Positions 1-8,341 of a stretch of DNA of 64,000 nucleotides are shown in pieces (position 1 is the stretch's first letter; every line of letters begins with the position of its first letter). The translations under genes and the position numbers were made by a program. Source of the stretch: an uncultured Acidiluteibacter sp. (GTDB taxonomy: Bacteria > Bacteroidota > Bacteroidia > Flavobacteriales_E > Vicingaceae); the NCBI GenBank assembly GCA_965660325.1, contig CBFHZL010000004.1, forward strand, positions 202 through 64,201, read 5' to 3'. The notes beneath the pieces were generated by a model, which saw nothing but the letters and a program-made list of their open reading frames with translations, ran no database searches and had not been told where the DNA came from.

Positions 1-393
1 CTCTTCAGCAGAAAGGTTGTCTGAAATGTAAGCCTCCACCTGATCAGCATTGCGCTTTTTTACCAATAAAATCTGTGGGGCAAAAAAGTAGACTGTTGGA
101 AAACCAATCGGGTTATCACTTTTTGAATGCAATGACTCTAGCTCATTTTTTAGGTCGTAAGATAACCCACCAAAAACCCAATCGTGATTTTGCTGAAATT
201 GCTCCATTGCAGCAAAGGAATTCTTTTCCGGCATAATAAAGTCATGGACACCATATGCCGCTAGCCAATCGTATTTACCATACTCATCTTTGTATTGATT
301 GGAATGAAGAATAGTAGCCGTCTCAAACCCTTTGGCAGTGCCAATAAGTTGGGAGTAAGTTATCGACTCAATATTTCTTTGGAGTAATTGCAT
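1..393 (-). CDS. Anthranilate/aminodeoxychorismate synthase component I family protein (PabB/TrpE-like), 5' part; runs off the window edge
   Basis: Not in the ORF track. My translation from ATG 393 gives MQLLQRNIE...KYDWLAAYG...DWVFGGLSYDLKNELESL...IGFPTVYFFAPQ, open to position 1. The WxFGxLSYDLKN motif is typical of Bacteroidota PabB-like N-termini. Confidence 0.75.
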   Translation of the reverse strand, partial: MQLLQRNIESITYSQLIGTAKGFETATILHSNQYKDEYGKYDWLAAYGVHDFIMPEKNSFAAMEQFQQNHDWVFGGLSYDLKNELESLHSKSDNPIGFPTVYFFAPQILLVKKRNADQVEAYISDNLSAEE

Positions 394-396
394 AAT

Positions 397-404
397 CAAA
401 GGTA
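397..404 (-). promoter_or_regulatory. Bacteroidota -7 promoter element (TACCTTTG), 3 nt before the pabB-like ATG
   Basis: Exact TAnnTTTG match on the minus strand. Confidence 0.6.
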
Positions 405-479
405 AATAACACGAATTAATTGAATACGTTCAGCCTGCATTTTATCAAAAAAAAGCTGCGGTAAGCTCAAGATTTGTTT

Positions 480-487
480 TAGCTTTG
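480..487 (+). promoter_or_regulatory. -7 promoter element (TAGCTTTG) for the acyltransferase
   Basis: Exact TAnnTTTG match 27 nt upstream of ATG 515. Confidence 0.6.
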
Positions 488-514
488 TTGTCCAACTATA
501 CAGCAACCATTTAA

Positions 515-1399
515 ATGCTCAGCAAACTTTTATACTACCTTTTTATAAAACCCCTATCCTTACTGCCTTTCTGGGTAATCTACCGTATCTCTGATGTTGT
601 ATTCGTATTAATATATTTTATTGTGGGATACCGCAAAAAAGTAGTTTTAGGCAATCTGCAGCGTTCCTTTCCCGAAAAATCACCAAAAGAGATTAAGGCG
701 ATTATGTTTCAATTCTACCGGCACTTTTGCGACCTTATTTTAGAAAGTATAAAAGGGTTTAGCATCTCTTCGTCTGAAGCGCAAAAAAGAATGAAGTCGA
801 TTCATGTGGACATCATTAACGATTTTGGAAAAGCAGGAAAAGATGTCGTATTAGTTGGAGGACACTATGGTAACTGGGAACTATTTGCAGTGGCAGTTGG
901 ACCAACCATCAACATCAAACCGATCGCGTTATTTACGCCATTGGCTAACAAATTCTTTGATGAGAAAGTGAAAGCTAGCCGCTCTAGATTTGGATTAAAT
1001 TTACTTCCTAGCTCAAAGGTTAGGCAATTAATGGCAGAGCAGTCGGAAGAAAAACGGATGATTATTTTTGGTGCCGACCAATCGCCCAGAAAAGGACAAC
1101 GAGCCTATTGGATGAATTTTTTAAATCAAGAAACAGGGGTGCAATTTGGCGCCGAGAAATTTGCAAAGGAATACGATTGCGCTGTGGTCTATGGACACAT
1201 CCGAAGATTGAAAAGAGGACATTTTCAGATAGAATACCAAACCATCTGTGCTGATGCAAGCAAAACCGAATACGGAGAAATTACCCAGAAACACACTAAA
1301 TTATTAGAGGCAGAAATCGTTAAGTCTCCTGCTTACTGGCTTTGGAGCCACAAAAGGTGGAAACACAAAAGACCGGAAGGAGAAGTATTGAATAATTGA
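515..1399 (+). CDS. Lipid A lauroyl/myristoyl acyltransferase family (LpxL/HtrB-like)
   Basis: N-terminal TM segment, GHYGNWE motif, ADQ motif, C-terminal PxYWLWSHKRWK. Confidence 0.9.
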   Translation: MLSKLLYYLFIKPLSLLPFWVIYRISDVVFVLIYFIVGYRKKVVLGNLQRSFPEKSPKEIKAIMFQFYRHFCDLILESIKGFSISSSEAQKRMKSIHVDIINDFGKAGKDVVLVGGHYGNWELFAVAVGPTINIKPIALFTPLANKFFDEKVKASRSRFGLNLLPSSKVRQLMAEQSEEKRMIIFGADQSPRKGQRAYWMNFLNQETGVQFGAEKFAKEYDCAVVYGHIRRLKRGHFQIEYQTICADASKTEYGEITQKHTKLLEAEIVKSPAYWLWSHKRWKHKRPEGEVLNN

Positions 1400-1409
1400 T
1401 GTTTTTTAA

Positions 1410-1440
1410 AATGCCTCCAAGGAAAACCCTCGAAGGCATT
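1410..1440 (-). terminator. Hairpin between the convergent acyltransferase and hemH genes
   Basis: Minus strand AATGCCTTCGAGG-GTTTT-CCTTGGAGGCATT (two G-U pairs). Confidence 0.6.
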
Positions 1441-1445
1441 GAGCA

Positions 1446-2459
1446 TTAAACTCGCTCTAAAATCATATCCTTTATCGCATCGACCCAAACTGGATGGGCA
1501 TTTAAACTCTCGACTAGTTGCAGTTTTTCGCCACCATGCTCTTCCCAAATCTCTTGGTATTCAACACCAATCTCCACAGTAGTTTCGAGGCAATCTGCTA
1601 CAAAAGCAGGACTAAATGCTAACATTTTCTTCATTCCGCCCTTGGCTTTTTCTTCTACTACTTTATCAGAAAATGGCGTTAACCACTTATTGTCTAGTCG
1701 AGATTGGAAAGCAACCGTATATTTCTCTTCAGGTATGCCTAATCGCTCAGCTATTAAGCGAGTAGTGGCAAAACAAGTCGCTTTATAACAATACTTATTC
1801 GTATCCGTTAGTTCATTTTCGCAGTTGTGATCAGCACAAGGAGATCCATCCAAATAGACCTTGTCAACATGGCGCTCTGGTACACCATGGTAAGAGAATA
1901 AGAAATGCTCATATTCGTTTAAGTCGTATTGTTTTGCGCGCTCCACGCATGCATCAATAAAGCCAGGATGATCCCAATACTGACTGATAAATGTAACGTC
2001 AGGAATTACCCACCATTTGCTCATAATTTTCATGGCCTTCTCAATAGCAGAACCAGTACTAGCAGATGCATAATGAGGAAACATTGGAAAAACAACAATC
2101 TTCGTGTAGTTTAGCATACGCATCTCTGCCATCACCTTATCCATACTTGGGTTTTGATACCGCATAGCTAAATGCACACCGAATTGATCACCTAACTTTT
2201 CTTGTAGCATCGCTTGTACCTCCTCTCCATAAATTAAAAGTGGAGAACCTTTATCGGTCCACAGCTCTTTGTAAATCTTAGAGGAGCTAAATGAGCGAAA
2301 CGGCACGATAATTAGGTTCACTAAAATTTTACGCAATAACCAAGGAATATCGATTACTCTAGGATCGTTCAAAAATTCTCTTAAATAAGGACGAACATCT
2401 TTAACTTTAGGGCTATCTGGGGTTCCTAAATTGACGATTAATACACCTGTTTTATCCAT
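1446..2459 (-). CDS. hemH: Ferrochelatase
   Basis: NLGTPDSP, YLREFLxD, AMRY, FSYHGVP, FQSR and AFVADCLET motifs. Confidence 0.97.
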   Translation of the reverse strand: MDKTGVLIVNLGTPDSPKVKDVRPYLREFLNDPRVIDIPWLLRKILVNLIIVPFRSFSSSKIYKELWTDKGSPLLIYGEEVQAMLQEKLGDQFGVHLAMRYQNPSMDKVMAEMRMLNYTKIVVFPMFPHYASASTGSAIEKAMKIMSKWWVIPDVTFISQYWDHPGFIDACVERAKQYDLNEYEHFLFSYHGVPERHVDKVYLDGSPCADHNCENELTDTNKYCYKATCFATTRLIAERLGIPEEKYTVAFQSRLDNKWLTPFSDKVVEEKAKGGMKKMLAFSPAFVADCLETTVEIGVEYQEIWEEHGGEKLQLVESLNAHPVWVDAIKDMILERV

Positions 2460-2476
2460 CTTGTCTTTTTTATAAA

Positions 2477-2514
2477 TTGAAAGCGCTGTAAGTATTACCT
2501 ACAACGCTTTTCAA
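2477..2514 (-). terminator. Stem-loop between lpdA and hemH (terminator or attenuator)
   Basis: Minus strand AAAGCGTTGTAGGT-AAT-ACTTACAGCGCTTT. Confidence 0.6.
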
Positions 2515-2539
2515 ACATTCTTTTTTAAAAATAGTTTTC

Positions 2540-3937
2540 TTAAATGTGAATCGCACGATTGTCAGTAGCAGCTAATGCCGCTTCTTTTAGCGCCTCTGTA
2601 AATGTAGGGTGCGCGTGACTCATTCTTGAAATATCTTCAGCGGTAGCTCTGTATTCCATAGCTACTACTGCTTCTGCAATCATATCAGCCGCCCTTGGAC
2701 CAATAATGTGAACACCAAGAACCTCATCAGTTTCTTTATCTGCAAGCACTTTAACCACGCCATCGGTATCCATACTCGCTCTTGCTCGTCCACTTGCTTT
2801 AAAGGGGAAAGAACCCGCTTTGTAGGCAACTTTTGACTCTTTTAATTGCTCTTCGGTTTGTCCAACACTAGCAACCTCAGGCCATGTGTAAACTACACCC
2901 GGAATTAAGTTATAATCGATATGTGGATGCTCACCATTCATGTGTTCAGCTACAAACATCCCTTCTTCCTCTGCTTTGTGGGCAAGCATAGCTCCTTTTA
3001 CGACATCCCCAATCGCATAAATATTATCGACGTTTGTTTTTAAATGTCCATCGACCTCTACTCTGCCTTTATCATCTAACTTCACTCCAGCTTTATCCAA
3101 ACCCAAGTCTTTGGTGTAAGGAGTTCTTCCAACCGATACCAAACAGTAATCAGCTTCCAAGGTTACTTCTTCACCTTTTTTATTGTCAGCTTTTACTGTT
3201 ACGGACTTACCGCTATTTTCAACTGATTTCACTTTGTGACTTAACAGAAATTCTACACCAATTTTCTTCAGCGACTTCTGTAATTCTTTACCCATCGTTT
3301 TATCCATGGTTGGTATAATCCCATCCATGTATTCCACTACGGATACTTCAGTTCCTAAACGAGCGTAAACAGATCCTAATTCTAATCCAATTACACCACC
3401 ACCGATAATGATCATTTTTTTCGGCAATTCTTTCAGCTCTAACGCTTCAGTAGAAGTAATTACGCGCTCTTTGTCTAATTTGATAAATGGCAAAGAACCC
3501 GGCTTAGAACCTGTTGCAATGACAATTTTCTTCGCCTCAATTTTAGAATTCTCCTCTCCGGATATAGCCAACACGGTATTGCTTTCAAAAGCTGCCGTCC
3601 CTGTAATCACATCGATTTTATTCTTTTTCATTAAATAATCGATACCGCCAACAGTTTGCTCAACGACTCCACGCTTACGTTTGATCATTTGATCAAAGTT
3701 CACTTTTAAATCTTTCAGACCAATTCCGTGCTCCTCAAACTGATGTTTTGCTTGATAAAAATGCTCCGAAGAATCCAACAATGCTTTTGAAGGAATGCAA
3801 CCTACGTTTAAGCAAGTACCTCCTAAAGAATTATACTTTTCGATGAGTGCTGTTTTCATGCCTAGCTGTGCACATCTAATTGCACAAACATATCCACCAG
3901 GTCCTGATCCAATTATTGCTACATCGTATTTTTCCAT
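2540..3937 (-). CDS. lpdA: Dihydrolipoyl dehydrogenase (E3)
   Basis: GSGPGG FAD motif, GGTCLNVGCIPSK redox disulfide, HAHPTFTE C-terminal motif. Confidence 0.98.
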   Translation of the reverse strand: MEKYDVAIIGSGPGGYVCAIRCAQLGMKTALIEKYNSLGGTCLNVGCIPSKALLDSSEHFYQAKHQFEEHGIGLKDLKVNFDQMIKRKRGVVEQTVGGIDYLMKKNKIDVITGTAAFESNTVLAISGEENSKIEAKKIVIATGSKPGSLPFIKLDKERVITSTEALELKELPKKMIIIGGGVIGLELGSVYARLGTEVSVVEYMDGIIPTMDKTMGKELQKSLKKIGVEFLLSHKVKSVENSGKSVTVKADNKKGEEVTLEADYCLVSVGRTPYTKDLGLDKAGVKLDDKGRVEVDGHLKTNVDNIYAIGDVVKGAMLAHKAEEEGMFVAEHMNGEHPHIDYNLIPGVVYTWPEVASVGQTEEQLKESKVAYKAGSFPFKASGRARASMDTDGVVKVLADKETDEVLGVHIIGPRAADMIAEAVVAMEYRATAEDISRMSHAHPTFTEALKEAALAATDNRAIHI

Positions 3938-4029
3938 CTTTATTTTATTGAGATTTTAATAAGTATTGATCGATTTATCAGCTTGTAAAATTAACGAAAT
4001 ATCAACTTAAATGGCCTATAATTGACCGC

Positions 4030-5634
4030 TTATTTACTGCGCACCTTTCTAACGAAGGTAAGCAACAGTAGAAGTGGTGCGAATACCGCTGCTGTGCGAC
4101 CGATTATATCTCCATAGCTTGCATAAACAGTTAATTCACTGCTCTTATTTAGTTGTGCTTTTATGACATCTTTTTTCCACCACTGCGTTCGTTGGATAAC
4201 TTCGCCTCGTTGATTGATAAAGGCAGAAATCCCTGTATTGGCACTTCTGGCAATACTTCTTCGGTAGGAAATCGCCAATAATCTAGCGTATGCTAAATGC
4301 TGTTTATATCCTGGTGTGTCGCTCCACCACCCGTCATTAGTAATAATGAAAATCAACTCTGCTCCTTGATTAATGTATTCCCCAACATACTCTGGGTAAA
4401 CTGATTCGTAGCATATAACTGGCGCAATAGTGGTGCTATCCAAATTCGTAAAATTAGTAGGAGTATTTTGGAACCCCAGAGAACCAGATGCTCCACCTAA
4501 TTTAATGGAAAACTTATCGATAAAACTCAAGTATTTTCTAAACGGTAATTTTTCTACGCCAAGTACAAGCTTCGATTTTCTATGAAGTGCGATATTACGT
4601 GTTCGATCAATCTGCAATGCAGCGTTAAAAATATCGAATCTTCCAGGGCTGTTATCCCTAAATTTTCTGGCAGTAAATGGATATTCTTCTCCTTCGGTAT
4701 ACAATCGTGCAGTGGATAAACCGCCAATGTATGTCACATCAGGAAATTTCTCGATGGTTTCTCTAGCACGGTCAGTTCCATAAATGTAATTCAACTCATG
4801 CTCCCAATAATTGGCAGGAAAGGACGTTTCCGGGGCTACAATATAATCGGTATTTTCATCTACTTTTTGTTCTGCCAATTCAAAAATTCGATCGACTTGA
4901 TCCGACTCGGACATCCCCCCAAACTTGTCGGTGTAGGGATCTATATTCGGCTGTACCACGACTATTTCTACTGGGTCTTTTTGCTCTTCGTACGCATCGT
5001 AAACTGAAAGCGACCAAGCCATTGGACCTACCAATAACAACAACAGAAAAAGTATTCGAAACAATTGATTTTGTACCGGCTGGCGGTAACTGACGATATT
5101 TCTAACAATGATAAACAGCAACACATTCGACACCAAAATCCACAGCGACCCGCCTAAATGACCGGTATATTCATACCACTGAATCCAATTTGGAGTGTTG
5201 GCCAACGCATTGCCAAAAGTAAGCCACGACCAAGACAACTCCCAATTGAGGTGTAAGTATTCAAATGCCAACCATAACAGCACCAACCCAATATAACCTT
5301 CCTTCTTCCCTACTCGAAACTTTACGATGTAAAATAAAAAAAACACCACAGCCATAAAGAAAGAATTAAAAACAATGGCCATAATCGCTCCCGGAAGTGA
5401 TGCGTGATAAATCCACCAGGTAGTAATCAAGTTAAAAACAAAAAAAGCCAGATAGCTCTGACCAAAAAAGGAAACGGATTGATTGATGCCGTCTTTCGAC
5501 AAATTATGCGCTACAAAGAGCAATGGCACTAAAGCAATAAATATAAAAAAAGTAATCCCGGGAGTTTCAGGCCAAGCTACTGCTAATAGCACACCACTCA
5601 ATAACGATAATAACGTATTCTTAATTCGACTCAT
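4030..5634 (-). CDS. lnt: Apolipoprotein N-acyltransferase
   Basis: Multiple TM helices plus a nitrilase domain with VQPNI, APET (Glu), KSKLV (Lys), ICYES (Cys), ITNDGW and RSANTGIS. Confidence 0.96.
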   Translation of the reverse strand: MSRIKNTLLSLLSGVLLAVAWPETPGITFFIFIALVPLLFVAHNLSKDGINQSVSFFGQSYLAFFVFNLITTWWIYHASLPGAIMAIVFNSFFMAVVFFLFYIVKFRVGKKEGYIGLVLLWLAFEYLHLNWELSWSWLTFGNALANTPNWIQWYEYTGHLGGSLWILVSNVLLFIIVRNIVSYRQPVQNQLFRILFLLLLLVGPMAWSLSVYDAYEEQKDPVEIVVVQPNIDPYTDKFGGMSESDQVDRIFELAEQKVDENTDYIVAPETSFPANYWEHELNYIYGTDRARETIEKFPDVTYIGGLSTARLYTEGEEYPFTARKFRDNSPGRFDIFNAALQIDRTRNIALHRKSKLVLGVEKLPFRKYLSFIDKFSIKLGGASGSLGFQNTPTNFTNLDSTTIAPVICYESVYPEYVGEYINQGAELIFIITNDGWWSDTPGYKQHLAYARLLAISYRRSIARSANTGISAFINQRGEVIQRTQWWKKDVIKAQLNKSSELTVYASYGDIIGRTAAVFAPLLLLLTFVRKVRSK

Positions 5635-5668
5635 AGTATTTCAAAGTGACTGTAAAGTTATTAATATT

Positions 5669-5676
5669 TACTTTTG
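5669..5676 (+). promoter_or_regulatory. -7 promoter element (TACTTTTG) for the secreted nuclease
   Basis: Exact TAnnTTTG match 20 nt before ATG 5697. Confidence 0.6.
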
Positions 5677-5696
5677 TGCTAAATTAAAATGACATT

Positions 5697-7331
5697 ATGA
5701 AAAGATTTTTACTACTTGCACTAAGCATTCCTTTATTTACTTCCGCACAAGTACTAACCGTAAACCAGTCTCAGTTAACTTTTGGAAGTGTTAATGAACT
5801 GACTACAGACAGTCTACCTTTGGTCATAACCAATACCTCAGCATCACCTGTATCTGTTAACCAATTAAAGTTTTATAACACATACAACTCTACTCCCTTT
5901 TCAGCAAGTGAATCCAATTTCACTATAGCAGCTAATGGAAACAAAACGATTTACGTTAAGTTTAATCCTGAGCATAACATACAGCATAATTCTGAACTTG
6001 TTATCAAGCATACTGCAAACTCAGGGTTTACTTCAGTAGATTTAATTGGTCAAGGAACGTATTCGAAAAACTATTATTCGGCAACTGAGAATAAAGCAGA
6101 AGAGCAATTAAAACTTGCTTTAAAAACAACCATCACCAATGGAATGGCTACTAATATCAGCTACAGCGCCGCAAGAGATGAGATGTTTATGCTCATCGAC
6201 AACGAGAAAACAAATGGACAGTCAGCCAACGTAAACACCTTGGAGTGTGTATATACCGGCACAAAAATTACAGGATATACGAGTCGTTCTGCTGCACAGA
6301 ATGGAAACCCTCAGTTCAATACAGAACATACCTTCCCTCAAGGATTTTTCAACTCTAACCTTCCGATGAGAAGCGATTTGCACCATTTATATCCGACAAC
6401 AAACAACTCTAACTCTACACGAGGAAATAAGCCTTTTGGCAATGTTACCGGTGGATCCGCAGTTGGTGGAGGCTCATTCTCTAACAATTCTCTATTTGAA
6501 CCAAGAGATGCACAAAAAGGAACTACAGCAAGAGCAATGATGTATTTTGTATTGCGATACCAAGACTACTCCAACCACTTTTCTGTTCAGCAGAATACTC
6601 TAAAGCAATGGCATGCTACATTTGGTCCTGATACGATTGAAGAGAGACGAAATGATGATATCGCAACTTTTCAAGGGAATAGAAACCCATTCATCGATTA
6701 CCCGCAATTGGTTGACCGAATCACTAACTTCGTAAGCAACTCAGTAGCTCCAACTGTGAATAGTATTGATATCACTCAAGCTTCAATTAATTTCGGTTCA
6801 GTTAGCACTGACACTTTGTTCAATTACATCGTTGTAAATACAGGAAATTCGGTTATTAATCTTTCAAATATATCACTATCCAACACTACTGATTTGAGTT
6901 TTGATCGTGCGTTTACTCCAACTGTAGCTGTGAACCCAGGTGAAGCGTTTACTTTTCCTATCAGACTATCTACTAACACGTTTGGAAACATTAGTGAAAC
7001 CCTTAGCTTTAGTACCGGTCTTCCTGGTTCTCAAGGAAATATTACTGTGCCCATTACAGCCAATGTGATTACCTCTTTAGGAGAAATAACGTTAGCGCAA
7101 TCGATTGCTATTTTTCCTAATCCATTAAAAAATCAACTAACGATTAATAGCCAAGTAAACGGCAACCTGACGGTAAGGTTATACAACGCGCATGGTCAAG
7201 CTACCAAACTAAAGCAATTTAATGGGATGGGTACACATACCTTAAACACAAGTGAATTGAGCAAAGGAGTTTACTTTTTAGAGCTATCAAATAGCAATGA
7301 GCGAATAACTAAAAAGCTCATCAAAAACTAA
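5697..7331 (+). CDS. T9SS-secreted endonuclease I (EndA/Vvn-like) with two Ig-like (ASH/choice-of-anchor-D-like) domains and a type A CTD
   Basis: Signal peptide; NTEHTFPQ, SDLHHLYPT, FEPRD..KG..AR..YF..RY and QGNRNPFIDYP nuclease motifs; CTD IFPNP...LSKGVYFLEL...TKKLIKN. Confidence 0.9.
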   Translation: MKRFLLLALSIPLFTSAQVLTVNQSQLTFGSVNELTTDSLPLVITNTSASPVSVNQLKFYNTYNSTPFSASESNFTIAANGNKTIYVKFNPEHNIQHNSELVIKHTANSGFTSVDLIGQGTYSKNYYSATENKAEEQLKLALKTTITNGMATNISYSAARDEMFMLIDNEKTNGQSANVNTLECVYTGTKITGYTSRSAAQNGNPQFNTEHTFPQGFFNSNLPMRSDLHHLYPTTNNSNSTRGNKPFGNVTGGSAVGGGSFSNNSLFEPRDAQKGTTARAMMYFVLRYQDYSNHFSVQQNTLKQWHATFGPDTIEERRNDDIATFQGNRNPFIDYPQLVDRITNFVSNSVAPTVNSIDITQASINFGSVSTDTLFNYIVVNTGNSVINLSNISLSNTTDLSFDRAFTPTVAVNPGEAFTFPIRLSTNTFGNISETLSFSTGLPGSQGNITVPITANVITSLGEITLAQSIAIFPNPLKNQLTINSQVNGNLTVRLYNAHGQATKLKQFNGMGTHTLNTSELSKGVYFLELSNSNERITKKLIKN

Positions 7332-7339
7332 TTTGAATC

Positions 7340-7380
7340 TAAATAAAAAAAGCTTCGATCTTCGAAGCTTTTTTTATTTA
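7340..7380. terminator. Bidirectional intrinsic terminator
   Basis: Perfect inverted repeat TAAATAAAAAAAGCTTCGA-TCT-TCGAAGCTTTTTTTATTTA between convergent genes. Confidence 0.9.
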
Positions 7381-7404
7381 CAAATTAAGAGTTAAACTAA
7401 ACAT

Positions 7405-8289
7405 TTAACGAAATTGATACCGATAAGTAAACATTCCTATCATCGCAGTACTAACCTCAGTACTAATCTCAGGAATTTGATTAATGGAGATACTTGGCCT
7501 GATTTCAGCTGAAAGGTGACTGCTCTTCCAAAAAGAAGAATTTTCTCCCACTCTAAAGTCAACTCCAAATGGAATAGAAACTGCTCCAACAAAACCACTC
7601 CTATTAGTAAAAACCTCCTCTCTAAACATAAAATCTTCGTAAGTTGGCCTTAGCTGGTTTGGCGAATTAGCCGAATAAGTAAAATCTTCGTTTAATTGGA
7701 CATATGTATTAGCGTCAACCGAAAACCCGATTAAAACTCCTGCTCCACCAAATAAAGAAAAACGATTGCACTCTTTAGTATGCAACAAATACGCTACATC
7801 TACAAACAACTGGGTTTGCTCATAATCCATCGATATTCTCGTAGTAGATGTAGAGTCTATTGGATAGGACATTCCTGTAGAATTAGATGTAACAGTATCT
7901 ACTGTAAAGGTTTCAACTTTGCTGTAAGTGTCATAATACACACTTTGATTACCATACATAATCCCTACTCTCAGAGACTTTCGAAAAAAATGATTCGACT
8001 TATCTTTTCTCGTAACTGCGAAATGAGCATGTGCTCCAACAAGGGTATTCGTCTGATTCTGTTCGTAGTAATACGAATCACTGAACCCCTCCAAGTCAAT
8101 ATGTAAAAATTTGGAATTTGGTGCCAACTTCTGAAATGTTTCAATTGTTGAAATACCCGAATTAATAGAATAAGGCCCTACTCCTAATGATAAGCTATTA
8201 AAAACTAATATGGGCGTTTTTTCTTCTTGAGAAAATACACTCAATACAGGTATTAGAGCGCATAACACAAACAAAACCTTCTTTTTCAT
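7405..8289 (-). CDS. Hypothetical exported protein, probable outer-membrane beta-barrel
   Basis: Signal peptide MKKKVLF...FSQ (alternative start 8298), amphipathic beta strands, C-terminal FTYRYQFR. Confidence 0.7.
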   Translation of the reverse strand: MKKKVLFVLCALIPVLSVFSQEEKTPILVFNSLSLGVGPYSINSGISTIETFQKLAPNSKFLHIDLEGFSDSYYYEQNQTNTLVGAHAHFAVTRKDKSNHFFRKSLRVGIMYGNQSVYYDTYSKVETFTVDTVTSNSTGMSYPIDSTSTTRISMDYEQTQLFVDVAYLLHTKECNRFSLFGGAGVLIGFSVDANTYVQLNEDFTYSANSPNQLRPTYEDFMFREEVFTNRSGFVGAVSIPFGVDFRVGENSSFWKSSHLSAEIRPSISINQIPEISTEVSTAMIGMFTYRYQFR

Positions 8290-8341
8290 TTGATACATTT
8301 AAAATAAGTAGAGAAGAACGAAGATAATAGAATAATCGTAT

